Below, piece after piece: positions 63,501 through 64,000 of a stretch of DNA of 64,000 nucleotides; within the stretch, counting starts at the first letter, position 1, and each line of letters starts with the position of its first letter. This DNA is from Raillietiella orientalis (taxonomy: Eukaryota). The position numbers were made by a program, and so were the translations under genes. Below the pieces are notes generated by a model. That model did no database searches, was not told where the DNA came from, and saw only the letters and a list, made by a program, of their open reading frames with translations. The stretch is taken from assembly GCA_036172245.1 (NCBI GenBank), contig JAYWIR010000011.1, forward strand, positions 2,480,001-2,544,000. Reading direction: 5' to 3'.

Positions 63501-64000
63501 CCTTCATGGCGAAGAATTGGAGCACCAATTGATGGGACCTTGCACGCCTCCTCGTCGAGCAGGCCACCGGCAACGCGAGACTCTCATGCTACCTTGCACT
63601 CCGGAGCCCCACCTGCCACTGCGGACTGCAGCTTCGGAGGGCGAACAAACTCGCGAGGACAAACCCAGGATGGATCTCCATCCGCCCCGCGAATGGTAGT
63701 GCCTGGCTTCAGGAAACCGTTCGCACGTGGGCGAGGAGCCAGGAGCAACGCGCGCAATAGGAGCGAAGATTCCTGTTCGCGAGGCACAGCAACTGTACGC
63801 TCCGAGAGATCCTGGAGGATCCCCGAAAACTTCCCTTGATGCAGAGCTGCCTTCCCTCAGGGAACATCTGGGCAGCGACAATGCGGCAAAATGGGAGATT
63901 GACGTGAAGATCTCTGGAACGGAGAAGAGGATCGGGAAATGGAAAACTGGCCACCTGACCAGCACTGCGACCCCCACACGGACTCTTGCGCTAGGGGTGA

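Noticed and set aside
62960..63660. APE endonuclease call from LIAGDFN plus GRTNSRG
   Set aside because: The motifs are ~670 nt apart, while they are normally nearly adjacent. Not enough for a feature call.
1..64000. CRISPR arrays, rRNA, known conserved miRNAs, prokaryotic systems
   Set aside because: No repeat-spacer arrays or recognisable matches seen, and the spliceosomal introns show the DNA is eukaryotic

Overview
Eukaryotic (metazoan, probably arthropod) genomic DNA with three recognisable spliced genes. (1) A compact CYLD deubiquitinase on + (28760-30531, 7 exons, ~472 aa, one CAP-Gly plus USP domain). (2) The first three coding exons of the Notch ligand Delta on + (36977-38192). The DSL/EGF exons are not in the window, so intron 3 appears to run past position 64000. 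(3) An essentially complete AP-1 gamma adaptin gene on - (52051-49190, 9 exons, ~829 aa), which would therefore lie nested and antisense inside Delta intron 3. The two housekeeping genes are AT-rich, CpG-poor and have mostly 39-52 nt introns. They are embedded in very GC- and CpG-rich DNA (1-25 kb, 34-40 kb) whose many long ORFs are spurious. That DNA carries several heavily decayed non-LTR retrotransposon fossils, recognised by eye only, plus microsatellites and candidate regulatory elements. A ~1.03 kb segment is duplicated almost perfectly 21.6 kb apart and has short imperfectly matching flanks at both ends. I see no CRISPR array, rRNA, intact tRNA or intact transposon, and no clearly new biological system. 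All calls are by eye, with no searches run.
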